A stretch of DNA of 64,000 bases, from assembly GCF_000372725.1 (NCBI RefSeq), contig NW_005201791.1, positions 1 to 64,000 of the forward strand, in the 5' to 3' direction. The notes below the pieces were generated by a model that was not told the DNA's origin, did no database searches, and saw nothing but the letters and a program-made list of their open reading frames with translations. Shown here piece after piece: positions 1 through 11,958 of this stretch (the first letter of the stretch is position 1; each line of letters begins with the position of its first letter). Source of the stretch: Emiliania huxleyi CCMP1516. Lineage: Eukaryota. Position numbers and translations under genes: made by a program.

Positions 1-2331
1 GTCGGGTTGAGCGGGATGAGGTTGACGTGGCATTTGAGGCCCCGCAGCAGCTTGCCGAGCCTACTGAAAGAAAACAGTGAAACAAGAAGACCTCGGGGTG
101 CCCCGCAGCAGCTTGCCGCGCCGACGCGCGGTCGCGGCGTCGTCGTTCCGCCCGGCGATCAGCGCCTACAAAAAGAGAAAAAACACAGCGTGCGCAAGCA
201 AGAACAGAGCAAGAAAGCGACGGCGTCGCTCCGCGCGGCGATCGGCGCCCATTCGAACGTGAGGCGCCGGCCGCTGCGCTCCACGTAGTAGTGACACGCG
301 CCTACAAAAAGAAAACACGCCGGCTGAAAAAAGAAAACGCCGCGCTCCACGTAGTAGTGACACGCGCCTACAAAAAGAAAACACGCCGCCTGAAAAAAGA
401 AAACGCTGCGCCCCACGTAGTAGTGGCACGCGCCAATCAGCTCGTCGAGGTCGTGCCTCCGGTTGACGGGCCTACGCGCTGAGTACGCCACCCTCAGGGC
501 GGGAGATATGGGGAGATATGGGGAGATATGGGGAGATATGGGCAGCCTACGCGCTGAGGACGCCACCCTCAGGGCGGGAGATATGGGGAGATATGGGGAG
601 ATATGGGGAGATATGGGCAGCCTACGCGCTGAGGACGCCACCCTCAGGGCGGGAAGAGAGTGTGTTCAGAGCATCGCGTGAATACAACGGAGAAGACACA
701 GCGGAGTGCGCGTCCTCTCGGGCGCTGGTTGGGAGACATGAATCCGTGTTCCGCTTCTAGGTTGACGGGCATGATGGCGGAGCGCGCGACGTCGTCGGCC
801 TCGTGCAGCGAGATTGCGAGCCTGCGGGGAGAGATGGGGAGATGTGGGGAGATATGGGGCCTCGTGCAGCGAGATTGCGAGCCTGCGCGCTGAGTACGCC
901 GACATCAGGGCGGGAGGACGGTACTGCGAAGTGTCTTCAGAGCACCGGGGGAAGACAACGGAGAGGAAGGCAGTGAACACAGGCGGATACGGCGGAATGC
1001 AGCGGAGTGCGTGTCCTCTCGAGTGCTGGTTGGGAGACATGAACACGTATTCCGCTTCTAGGGCCCGAGACATGGGGAGAGGTGGGGAGAGGTGGGGAGA
1101 GGTGGGGAGAGGTGGGGAGAGGTGGGGAGAGGTGGAGGGAGAGATGGGGAGAGGTGGGGAGAGGTGGGGAGAGATGGGGAGAGAGGTCCGCTTCTAGGAT
1201 TGCGAGCCCGACCTCGAGCCCCTCCTCCGCAAACCGCCTAGAGATCGAAGACGGCGAGGCCTCCCGCGTGAAGAAGAAGAAGAAGAAGAAGAAGAAAGGA
1301 GAGAGAGAGGAAGAGGAGAAGGAGAGAGAGATGGAGAAAGAGAAGAAGAAGGAGGAGAAGAAGGAGGGGCTGCAGAGGGGCCGTATCGTTGATCACGGTG
1401 GGAGCGTCTTGGCCACAGCAGACTTAGCCCGCATAAGAGGCTCCCGCCGATCCTAGACCGCGTGTGCACCCCGGCGTGCCAGGGCACACTTAGACCCGCC
1501 AAGCCTCGAGGCTCAGAACTAGAGTAGATTAGAGAATTCGACTGCAGAGGGGGGCAGAGGCTGCCAATCCAACTCCCGATGCAATCTCGGGGAATCTCGG
1601 GGGATCTGCGCCGGATCTGAGGCGCGAGGCCGACCGTCGAGACTGTGACGTGGCGTGCGCCGATCCCAAGCTCGTCCATGATGCGCCTACTCTCGGGGAA
1701 TCTCGGGGAATCTCGAGGGAATCAGCGCGCCGACTCCCGAGCTCGCCCATGATGCGCCGCGCTGCGCCGACGACGGCGTCGTAGTTGCGGAACGGCTCGC
1801 CCATGCCCATGAAGACGACGTTGCTCAGCCGCTCGCCCCGCGCGCGCAGCTCGGAGGAGAAGCGCGCGGCCTGCTCGAAGATCTCCGCCTCGCTGAGGTC
1901 TCGCCGGAAGCCCATCTGCCCGGTCGCGCAGAAGGTGCAGCCCATCGCGCAGCCCACCTGCGACGAGATGCACGCGGTGCGCCTGAAGCAGAAAACGCGC
2001 CGCCTCTAAGAGAGGAACCACGCTGCGAGATTGCGACGAGATGCAGGCGGCGCTCCGCCGGTCGTCATACGGCATCAGCACCGACTCGATGAGCGACCCG
2101 TCGTGGCAGCGCCAGAGGCGCTTCTGCGTCCCGTCCTTGGACTGCTGCTCGAACTCGACCCCCAGTTCGCCCAGCGTGGCGTGCTCCCGCAATCTGGCGC
2201 GCAGCGCCTTTGGCAGCGTGTGCATCGCGTCGATGTCGCCCGCCGGAGCGTCGCCGTAGAGGCAGTCGCGGATCTGCTTGAGGCGGAACTTCGGCTGGCC
2301 CCAGTCCTTGAGCACGGCCTCGAGCTGCTCG
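1..2331 (-). CDS. rlmN: RlmN/Cfr-family radical SAM RNA methyltransferase; multi-exon, 5' end in the gap, 3' end beyond the window
   Basis: Exons give [42 protein letters not shown] (CxxxCxxC), [47 protein letters not shown] and [10 protein letters not shown]. Confidence 0.95.
472..770 (-). mobile_element. Introner-like intron copy A (rlmN)
   Basis: Minus strand reads CTAGAAGCGG...GCGTAG; 10 bp duplication gttgacgggc at 462-471 and 761-770; GC donor; element 3' end repeated three times with gggagatatg repeats. Confidence 0.85.
883..1207 (-). mobile_element. Introner-like intron copy B (rlmN)
   Basis: Same termini and internal motifs (agagcaccg, gtcctctcgag); duplication gattgcgagc at 873-882 and 1198-1207. 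Confidence 0.85.
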
Positions 2332-2432
2332 TNNNNNNNNNNNNNNNNNNNNNNNNNNNNNNNNNNNNNNNNNNNNNNNNNNNNNNNNNNNNNNNNNNNN
2401 NNNNNNNNNNNNNNNNNNNNNNNNNNNNNNNN

Positions 2433-3996
2433 GGCGGCGGCGGCGTGAGCGGTGGCGGCGACACTGTGTGAGAGGTGGAGGGAGGCGGAGGCGCGGGCGA
2501 GGTGGAGGTGGAAGGCGGCGGAGGCGTGGGCGGCGGCGGCGGCGGTGGGAAGAAGGTGGAGGGTAGCGGCGGCGTGGGCAAGGTGGAGGGCGGCGGCGGC
2601 GTGAGCAGCGGTGGCGGCGGTGTGGAGGGGGTGGAGGGCGGCGGCGGCGTGGGCGGTACGGCGGCACGGCGGTAACGGGCGGCAGGGGGGGCGGCGGGCT
2701 AAACGGCAAGGGCGGCGCGGCACGGAGGAAGGAGCGGCACGGCAGGGAGGAGCAAGGACGGCGCGGTAACGGCAGGATCACGGATAGGCGTGGCACGGAT
2801 AGGAGCGAGCGAGCGGCTAGGTGGCGGGAGGGCGAGGCGAGGGCGGCGGCGGGTGGATCACGAGGAGGTAGAAGGTCTGGCGCGAGCGGGGGGGCGAACG
2901 GCGAGCGAGCGGCTAGGCGGCGGGGGTGAGGGTGGCGGCGGTGGATCACGAGGAAGTGGAAGCCGAGCGCGAACGTGCGAGCGAGCGGCGAGCGAGCGGC
3001 TAGGCGGCTGGAGGGCGAGGCGAGGGTGGAGGCGGTGGATCACGAGGAAGTAGGAGGTCGAGCGCAAGCGAGCGAGCGAACGGCGAGATGGATCACGAGG
3101 AAGTAGAAAGTCGGGAGCGGGCGAGCGAACGGCGAACGGCGAGCGAGAGCGGCGAGGCGGCGGGAGGGCGAGGCGAGGGTGGTGGCGGTTCGGATCACGA
3201 GGAAGTAGAAAGTCGGGCGGGCGAGCAAGCGGCGAGCGAGCAGCGAGGCGGCGGGAGGGTGAGGCGAGGGTGGATCACGAGGAAGGAGAGATTCGGGCGA
3301 TCACGAGGAAGTAGAAAGCCAGGCGCGAGCGGGCGAGCGAGCGAGCGGCGGCGGCGTGAGCGACGGCGGCGGCGTGGGCGAGGTGGAGGGCGGCGGCGGC
3401 GTGAGTGGCGGCGGCGGCGGTGTGGGGGAGGTGGAGAGGCGCGGGCGAGGTGGAGGGCGGCGGCGGCGTGAGCGAGGTGGGGGGCGGCGGCGGCCTGAGT
3501 GGCGGCGGCGGCGGTGTGGGGGAGGTGGAGGGTGGCGGCGGCGTGGGTGAGGTGGAGGGCGGCGGCGGCGTGAGCGGCGGCGGCGGCGGTGTGGGAGAGG
3601 TGGAGGGCGGCGGAGGCGCGGGGGAGGTGGAGGGCGGCGGCGTCGTGAGCGGCAACGGCGGCGGTGTGGGAGCGGCAACGGCGGCGGTGTGGGGGAGGTG
3701 GAGGGCGGCGGAGGCGTGGGCGAGGTGGAGGGCGGCGGCGGTGAGCGGCGGCGGCGGTGGTGTGGTGGAGGTGGAGGGCGGCGGCGGCCTGAGTGGCGGC
3801 GGCGGCGGTGTGGGGGAGGTGGAGGCTGGCGGCGGCGTGGGGGAGGTGGAGGCTGGCGGCGGCGTGAGTGGCGGCGGCGGCGGTGTGGGGGAGGTGGATG
3901 GCGGCGGAGGCGCGGGCGAGGTGGAGGGCGGCGGCGTCGTGAGCGGCGGCGGCGGCGGTTTGGGGAAGGTGGAGGTCGGCGGAGGCGCGGGCGAGG
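2433..3996. repeat. GC-rich low-complexity tandem repeats
   Basis: Degenerate ggcggcggcgtg/ggcgaggtggag units, plus ggatcacgaggaagtagaa units at ~2850-3320. Confidence 0.85.
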
Positions 3997-4090
3997 TAAA
4001 TCCATGGTATTGCGCCTCGGCGAGCGTCCGTGCAAAGTGTACTAACCCCCCCCCCCCCCGGAAAAAGAACTAGGTGCTCGCGTGCAGCAA

Positions 4091-6144
4091 ATGCACGACG
4101 AGGTGCACGACGAGCTAGCTAACACCGTGGCGGAGACCGGCGGTCTTCCCCATGCGGTGTGGACAGCGGCCGGGCGAGGCGACGAGGCGGCGCTGCTGTC
4201 GTGGCTCGAAAGCGGCGGGCGGGTCAATGCGACTTGCATGCTACGCGATGTGAGCGGCGTCACCGCGCTGATGCTCGCCGCCCAGGAGGGCCACGAGCGG
4301 GCGGTCGAGCTGCTGCTTCAGCGCGGCGCGGAGGTCAACCTGCAGAAGAGCGACGGCTACACCGCGCTGATGCTCGCCGCCATCGAAGGCCACGAGTGGG
4401 TGGTCGAGCTGCTGCTTCGGCGCGGCGCGGAGGTCAACCTGCAGAACAGCGACGGCTACACCGCGCTGATGCTCGCCGCCATCGAAGGCCACGAGCGGGT
4501 GGTCGAGCTGCTGCTTCGGCGCGGCGCGGAGGTCAACCTGCGGAAGAGCGACGGCTACACCGCGCTGATGGGCGCCGCCATCGAAGGCCGCGAGCGGTTG
4601 GTCGACCTGCTGCTTCGGCGCGGCGCGGAGGTCAACCTGCAGAACAGCGACGGCTACACCGCGCTGATCCTCGCCGCCTTCAACGGCCACGAGCGGGTGG
4701 TCGAGCTGCTGCTTCAGCATGGCTCGGGTGTCAACCTGCAGAACAGTATCGGCTTCACCGCGCTGATGGGCGCCGCCGCCAACGGCCACCGCGCCACCGT
4801 GCTCCGCCTGCTGCGGGCGGGCGCGGATACGAAGCTGCGCTCTGCGAAGGGCGTGTCCGCACTGCAGTACGCCAGGGGGCAGGGCCACAGCGAGTGCGTC
4901 GAGGCCTTCCGGCAGCACATCGCGGAGGTGACTGCGAGCCGGCGCGAGGCGGCGGCGGGCGGCGCGGACGGCGCTTCCTCGGGCGAGGCGGCGGCGGGAG
5001 CGGGGGCCGCGGCCTCTTCCGGCTCACTGGGCAGCCTTCCCAACGAGGCGGTGGCAGCAGCTCTCCAAGGCGACGAGGCGGCGCTGCTGGCGTGGCTCGA
5101 CAGCGGCGGGCGGGTCAATGCGACTTGCCGGGCGGGCGATCTGAGTGGCGTCACCGCGCTGATGTACGCCGCCACCAACGGCCGCGAGCGGGTGGTCGAG
5201 CTGCTGCTTCAGCGCGGCGCGGATGTCAACAAGCAGAACAGCAACGGCAGCACCGCGCTGATCCTCGCCGCCAGCAAAGGCCGCGAGCGGGTGGTCGAGC
5301 TGCTGCTTCAGCGCGGCGCGGATGCCAACCTGCAGAGCAGCATCGGCGACACCGCGCTGATGCGCGCCGCCGCCAACGGCCACCCCGCCATCGTGCTCCG
5401 CCTGCTGCGGGCGGGCGCGGGTACGACGGCGTGCGATGCGCGCGGCAGGACGGCGCTACAGATGGCCAAAAGCAAGGGCCACAGCGAGTGCGTGCGCGCC
5501 CTCGAGAAGCGCACGGCAGCGCATGCAGCGGCGAAGGAGGCAGCGCAGGCAGCGGCGAGGGCGGTGGAGAGTGCGGCGGCAGAGGCGGAGGCGACGCGGC
5601 ATGCCGAGGCGCTGCTGGCGGAGGAGGAGGCGGAGAAGGAGGCGGGGCGCGCCAAGGAGAGCAAGAAGGGGAAGAAGAAGAAGAAAAGGGGAGGGGTGGC
5701 GGCGGAGGCGCTGGGCCGTCGCAGGAGCCCGAGGATGAGGCGGAAGATGCGGGAGAGGGCGAGGCGGCGGCGGCGGTAGAAGAGGCGGAGCTGGCGGCGG
5801 CGCTCGAGGAGAGCGCGAGGCTGGAGGGAGCGAGGCCGGTGGTGGAGGAGCGGACGCTTGTCGCTGCGACCGAGGGCGGCTCGCCGTCGGCTGCAGAGGC
5901 GCCGGCTGCGAAGGAGGAGGAGCCGCCGGCCGACTTCATCTGCCCGATCACGACCGAGATCATGGTCGAGCCAGTCGTGGCGGCCGACGGGCAGTCGTAT
6001 GAGCGGACGGCGATCGAGCGCTGGCTCGCGACCAAGTCGACGAGCCCTCTGACGGGCGGCGAGCTCGAGCATAGCATCTTAATCCCGAACCACAATTTGC
6101 GCCGGACGATTCGAGAGTGGCAGGAGGCGCGGACGGCACTTTGA
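4091..6144 (+). CDS. Ankyrin-repeat U-box E3 ubiquitin ligase, with an apparent 1 nt frameshift near 5685
   Basis: Many G.TALMLAA..GH..VVELLL..GA.VN repeats; C-terminal U-box PPADFICPITTEIMVEPVVAADGQSYERTAIERW..TSPLT..LIPNHNLRRTIREW lies in a different frame. Confidence 0.9.
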
Positions 6145-6816
6145 GCCCCCAGTGAAGATTAGCATCTAGCGCAACGGGGGGCAAGGGACCTAACTACCAA
6201 GCGGTGCCCAAGCCCGCGCCGCGCAGCGCCGGGGAACGCGATCCCTCGCGAGCGTGCTTGATGTGAGACATGTTGCATGTGCAGTTCCTTGGCTTGTTGC
6301 ATGCCAGCGCGGGCTGCCGGGACGCACCGCTCGCGCGTTCGGCACACTCAGTGGACCCCACCGAGTGTGCCGAACCAACTGGAGTGGGTAGGCTCGACGC
6401 CGCGCTCGCTGTGGGGCTGCAGCAAACTCGCCGCCGAGCGTGCCATCGAAGGCGTCCCGGCGGAGGTGATGGAGTGTGAGACCTGAGGCTACGGAGGTGA
6501 CGCCTGAGGTACCGGCCCGTGCACAGCGACTCAGCCGGCTACCGCCACGGGCTCAGACGAGACCTGTCGACGCGTTCCGGCTCAGCTTCACCGTGGTCAT
6601 CGGGCGTCTGTCGACGTCAGGACCACCCATGCAGCTCGCGGGTTTGAGGTCGCAAGAGCCAAGATGGTGGCGTTTGGACATCCCAACCATCACACAAGAC
6701 AGCCTGTAGGTGATGGCGGGACGGCGCAGTGTTTGTGGCACTCGGCAGTAGGCACCCGCGGCACGGCCCCGCTGTCGGCTCTCGCGGGCTGCGGAACCGG
6801 CCCCAGAAGGGGACGG

Positions 6817-7097
6817 TCCGGGCGAGTGTGGCAGCTCCTGCGCTAGTATGGGCACCCTCTATCACAACATTACTGATCCTGGTCATTAGAGCTGCCAGGG
6901 ATAGCGTCAGGAGCCGGTAGGAGTCAAAACCCCTCACATATTTGAGACATCGTGGGGCCTAAGGTAAGGTAAGGTAAGGTAAACTTCTCCACACACACGA
7001 GGTGGTGGGGCAAGGGGGGGCAACCCTCGCGTCTCCACGTCTGACGACAGGAGCCCCACGGCATTCAAAGTGCAAGGCCCAGTGCGCGTGGGTGAGC

Positions 7098-7163
<66 letters not shown>

Positions 7164-7419
7164 ACGTCACTGCATCCTCCGCCGGTTCCTCCCGTCGCCT
7201 CTTCTTTGTTCGAATGTTTTTCAATCCATCCTTCACGAAGCCCTCCCATGTAGCTAGCGTTCTTGGCGAATGTCTCCGGGCGAGTGTGGCAGCTCCTGCG
7301 CTAGTATGGGCACCCTCTATCACAACATTACTGATCCTGGTCATTAGAGCTGCCAGGGATAGCGTCAGGAGCCGGTAGGAGTCAAAACCCCTCACATATT
7401 TGAGACATCGTGGGGCCTA
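6817..7419 (+). repeat. 145 bp direct repeats (6817-6961 and 7275-7419) flanking a retroelement fragment; a related copy lies at ~39685-39810
   Basis: Sequence tccgggcgagtg...cgtggggccta occurs twice, identical by eye. Confidence 0.9.
6962..7274 (-). mobile_element. 5'-truncated non-LTR retroelement/SINE 3' end with (CCTTA)n tail
   Basis: Minus strand reads ...(CA)n...gccttgcactttgaatgccgtggggctcctg...gtgtggagaagtttaccttaccttacc; homologues at ~21741, 23840, 25703, 54072 and 62930. Confidence 0.8.
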
Positions 7420-7424
7420 TATAT

Positions 7425-7714
7425 GGCTAGTTCCAATTCAGAGTCTGACACGCTAATCTTGAAAACGCGTCCAACGGAGCTCCGTGTTGCTCCCAGCGCC
7501 CTCCCCCGAGCTTCCTGCGGCCATGGCCGGTGCTACTAGTATGGGGGGCTACCTGGCTACCGCGAGCGCGACCCAACTCGTCGACATCGTCCGATGATGG
7601 TGCCGCAAAGTCAGCCTCCGGAGGCTATCGTGGGGTCGAGCCGGCAGTAGCCGCGACATGTGGTTCCACCACCCCTCGTAGGCTTTGCGTCTGCTCGCCA
7701 CCGTTCCCATGCTG
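7425..7714 (+). repeat. Dispersed repeat; inverted copy at ~15745-16042
   Basis: agttccaattc...caacggagctccgtgttgctcccagcgccctcccc...ccaccgttccca matches the reverse complement of 15745-16042. Confidence 0.85.
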
Positions 7715-8631
7715 NNNNNNNNNNNNNNNNNNNNNNNNNNNNNNNNNNNNNNNNNNNNNNNNNNNNNNNNNNNNNNNNNNNNNNNNNNNNNNNNNNNNNN
7801 NNNNNNNNNNNNNNNNNNNNNNNNNNNNNNNNNNNNNNNNNNNNNNNNNNNNNNNNNNNNNNNNNNNNNNNNNNNNNNNNNNNNNNNNNNNNNNNNNNNN
7901 NNNNNNNNNNNNNNNNNNNNNNNNNNNNNNNNNNNNNNNNNNNNNNNNNNNNNNNNNNNNNNNNNNNNNNNNNNNNNNNNNNNNNNNNNNNNNNNNNNNN
8001 NNNNNNNNNNNNNNNNNNNNNNNNNNNNNNNNNNNNNNNNNNNNNNNNNNNNNNNNNNNNNNNNNNNNNNNNNNNNNNNNNNNNNNNNNNNNNNNNNNNN
8101 NNNNNNNNNNNNNNNNNNNNNNNNNNNNNNNNNNNNNNNNNNNNNNNNNNNNNNNNNNNNNNNNNNNNNNNNNNNNNNNNNNNNNNNNNNNNNNNNNNNN
8201 NNNNNNNNNNNNNNNNNNNNNNNNNNNNNNNNNNNNNNNNNNNNNNNNNNNNNNNNNNNNNNNNNNNNNNNNNNNNNNNNNNNNNNNNNNNNNNNNNNNN
8301 NNNNNNNNNNNNNNNNNNNNNNNNNNNNNNNNNNNNNNNNNNNNNNNNNNNNNNNNNNNNNNNNNNNNNNNNNNNNNNNNNNNNNNNNNNNNNNNNNNNN
8401 NNNNNNNNNNNNNNNNNNNNNNNNNNNNNNNNNNNNNNNNNNNNNNNNNNNNNNNNNNNNNNNNNNNNNNNNNNNNNNNNNNNNNNNNNNNNNNNNNNNN
8501 NNNNNNNNNNNNNNNNNNNNNNNNNNNNNNNNNNNNNNNNNNNNNNNNNNNNNNNNNNNNNNNNNNNNNNNNNNNNNNNNNNNNNNNNNNNNNNNNNNNN
8601 NNNNNNNNNNNNNNNNNNNNNNNNNNNNNNN

Positions 8632-10859
8632 CCCCTGGCCGCCCAAATGATGACGGCACGCTGCAAAGGCGCGCGCGACGAGAGCCCCAAATCCATCGAC
8701 TTGGCGTGCGTGCACGAGCAGTTGTACGCTGAACGGCCTGAGGGGGGCGGGCGGGGGCGGGGTGCCGAGGGCGGAGGGGGGGGGGGGGCGGGGGGCGGGG
8801 GGCGGCCTGGCGGGTAACCGCAATGTACTGGTCTGGAGCCGCAGCGAAACTTGCCTCGACAATTTGCGACCCACATGCTGCCGTTCGCAGGGTCACACCC
8901 AAAACTGCGCCCGAGCACGCACGGCGCGAAACTCGTCTGCCTCACGAGCTTGCATTGGGCGCGCGACACTCCTGGCGCATCGTGCCCTGGTTTTGCGAGT
9001 CGTTGGGCGCGGCGGGGTCGCCGAGGCGTCCGCACATGCTTGGTCGCGGCCGTCGCCGCCGCCTGCTCCCGCGCCGCCGCCCACGCCGCCGCTCTCCACC
9101 TATCCGTCGCCGCTGCCGCCACCGCAGCGGCCGCCTCCTCCGCCGCCACCTCTGGCGCATGCTCGCAATGGCGCGGGCACTGCTCGGGGGTCGGCTCGAG
9201 CTGCGCGCGACCGTCGCGTCCGACGAAGCAGCCGCCCCAAGCGTGAACAAGCAGCGCATCGCCCGATCCGGTGAGCCGCGCGCGGTCTTGCAAGACGCGC
9301 ACGGCCTGGAAGTTGGAGAGGAACGCGGTAAGAGGCGGCTGTGTGTGTGTGTGTGTGGGTGGGTGGGGGGGAGGAAGAGGCGTGTCTGAGTCACGCACGG
9401 CCTGAAGTTACCTCGAAGTGACGCCGCGCGATTTGAGCACACACAGCCGAGCTGAAGCTCGGGGTAATGCGCAGGACCTGTGGGGAGGAGGGTCTGGTCC
9501 TGTCGATGGTCCCTTCGCGTGGATAAGGGTCCGATCAAGGGTGCCTATACTGCCTGCGGGGTGGGGTGGAGGGAGGTGGAGTGCTGGCGAGGGAGGAGGA
9601 AGAGTGTCGCAAGAGCCTCGTGCACGTGCTGCGCCCACAGAAAGTGGCTCCACTTTCTGCCAATGCCGAGCTCCGCGTTGCGCGCGGCGTACGCGTCCCA
9701 CTCGCTCGCGATGCGACCCCACGAAGCGACGAGCGCCGGCGGCCCTGCCAGCCACCAATCCATCACAAAATACGACCGCTCCACGTCTGCCGCCCTGTAA
9801 CCACCGTGAGCCGTGAGGGGACAGCTCACATGCTTGTACGGTCGCACATTTCACCACGCCGATGGTGGGCGCCAGCGTAATCGGCGACGGCGCAATGCGC
9901 GAGGAGCGGCAGCCGGGGTGTGCCTGTATAATAGCCGAGACTAGGGCCGAAAATAGCTGAGATTTTGCCGAGATGAGGCGGGCGCGGCGCTCCCGCGGCC
10001 GCGCAAGTCGCAGGCGGACTCTTCCGATGCTTGCAGCACCAGTGCGCGAAGGTGACCTACTCACTGGTGTAATTACCGTTGAATTAGTTGGAGAGGCAGC
10101 ACGCGTGCGCGGCGGAGCGACCGTCTCCGCGGGCATCCGGTGCAGGTCTACCGGCGAGGAGAGCACCGCGTCCGTCCGGATCGCCAGCGCGAGGGTGTAC
10201 GTCACGTTCCGCAGCGCTGCAAACTCGCGCATCAGCAAGGCGGCCCGCCCGATGGAAAGGGCCTGCGAGCGCGCCTTGAGCGCCTGGCTGGTGTACTGCG
10301 GCGGCTCGTGCCGGCTGCCCCGCAGCACGACGCCGTACGCCTCGTCGAACCACGGCGCGGCCTCCCGGTTCCAAGAATGTGCGAACACGTCAACTTGCTC
10401 CCCACGAGCGGCCGCGTCAACCACGTACTTGAGGTGACTCGCCGCGCAGTGGCGGAGCAGCATGCGCTTTCCGGCGTGGCCTCCGTCGTGCCACTTGCTG
10501 TGAAAGTCGGACGAGCTCGAGCGGACCTCGGTTCCGAGCATGCCGTGAAGCAGTAGCGCAAACCGGTGCGGCGAATCGCCGCGGCGCTCCTCCGCCTCGC
10601 GCGGGCGAGCGAGCGCCTGGGTCTCCTCGTCCGAAAGCGTCCAGAATGGATCTCCTCGTCCGCTGCCGCAGCTGCAGTTGTACGCTGGTGCGCCCTCCGG
10701 GTAGCCGCAGCGGAACGGGGGCCGTCGGCCGGCACAACGGAATACACCTCGGCAGTTTTGCACCCAGATTGAGCGTGACGTGCCAAGGCAGCCGAAGCTG
10801 ACGCCGCGCTCGCACCTGGCGAAACTGTGCTGCTCCACCAGTGATGCCCCGCAGGGCAT
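8632..10859 (-). CDS. Multi-exon protein with two DUF3011-like Cys modules flanking a putative glycosyltransferase-like domain; runs into the gap
   Basis: Modules LVEQHSFARCERGVSFGC..IWVQNCRGVFRC..CGYP..YNCSC and LVRQTSFAPCVLGRSFGC..MWVANCRGKFRC..CGYP..YNCSC; middle region ALLLHG..VDVFAHSW..SQALSI..YTLALAIRTD. Confidence 0.6.
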
Positions 10860-11059
10860 TCGCGCCAGAGGTGAGACACGAGTTCAGACTGCCCTCCACG
10901 CACAGACGCCTTGCTCTAAAGAACAGCGCTGATGGCTGACCTCGGAATGTGACACAGAATGGCTGTGCTGGCACCTTCACAGCCATCTTACCTACTGTCC
11001 AAGCCTAAAGTCTGGGCAGGTTACTCAGGACACGATCCCGGCGTGAACACAACTAACTG

Positions 11060-11315
11060 ACGGATCCGCTCCTGACAGTCGCACGCGCCGCGCTGCGGGG
11101 CGTGCGACTGTCTTTGTTTGAAGTAAAAAGTCGAATCAGAGCGCCGTCGGCGTTGTCCTGAGTTTTCTCCCCTGGACCGCCCGTCCCGGCACCGCTCCGG
11201 GACGCACGCCGGCGAAGCACCATCAAGCTGCTGTACGGCCCCGGCATCGCCTCCCCTGGCTTAGCTAAAGTGAGAGTTATTGTGCACATGGTTAGTATCT
11301 ACAATATCTCGCTCG
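11060..11315. repeat. Dispersed repeat with an internal hairpin; inverted copy at ~58050-58305 and a fragment at ~49180
   Basis: Hairpin gacagtcgcacgc...gcgtgcgactgtc followed by tttgtttgaagt..aagtcgaatcagagcgccgtcggcg, shared between the copies. Confidence 0.8.
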
Positions 11316-11329
11316 GAAAAAATACCTTC

Positions 11330-11700
11330 GGAACCGCTTTGCCAAGGCGCACAATAGTCACACTGACAGCATTTTCCAGATGCGTCATCCTGGGCCGCTG
11401 GAAAATGCTCTCAACCCCGTACCCTCTGTGACCGTCTGCCGGTCGCCATTTATTTCTGGCTGCCGAGGATGCCACAACTGGAAAACACTGTCAGTCTGAC
11501 TATTGTGCGCCTTGGCGAGGCGGTCCCGCTGGTATTTTTTTCGAGCGCAGTGGAAATCATCGTCGTACTTTAGGGCTGGGGTCGACAGCTGCTCGGCTGA
11601 GCAGCTGTCGACCGCCGGCAGTTGACCGGCAAGATGAAGTCCACTGCGCTCGCAATCGGGATGTCCGGAACCGCCTCGCCAGGCGCACAATAGTCCTCAG
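11330..11700. repeat. MITE-like stretch with direct and inverted internal motifs
   Basis: gaaccgc..gcca(a)ggcgcacaatagtc at ~11331 and ~11668, inverted at ~11497-11526. Confidence 0.55.
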
Positions 11701-11958
11701 TCTGGCGAAGGCCAATTCTGTCATCCTGGAAAGCCCAGAGCGGGACGTCAAGAGGCCATTTCGGCCGAAAAGCAGCACTGTTTTGGGCGGTACTCACTGC
11801 GGTACCTGAGGCACTTGGAGGCGCGACGTTTATTTGTTTAGGGGGTGAGAGGGCATCTACGGCGCCTGTTGTTCACTCGATCTCAGCTCCTCTGTGTTCG
11901 CGCTGACTGACGTAGTTGCGCCGCTGCACACCACCCAAAGGTTCGACACGCCGGAAAA

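Noticed and set aside
2433..4073. Gly- or Pro-rich ORFs
   Set aside because: Open in several frames because of GC-rich low complexity; no independent coding evidence.
7530..8902. Long ORFs full of X
   Set aside because: Artefacts of the N-gap.
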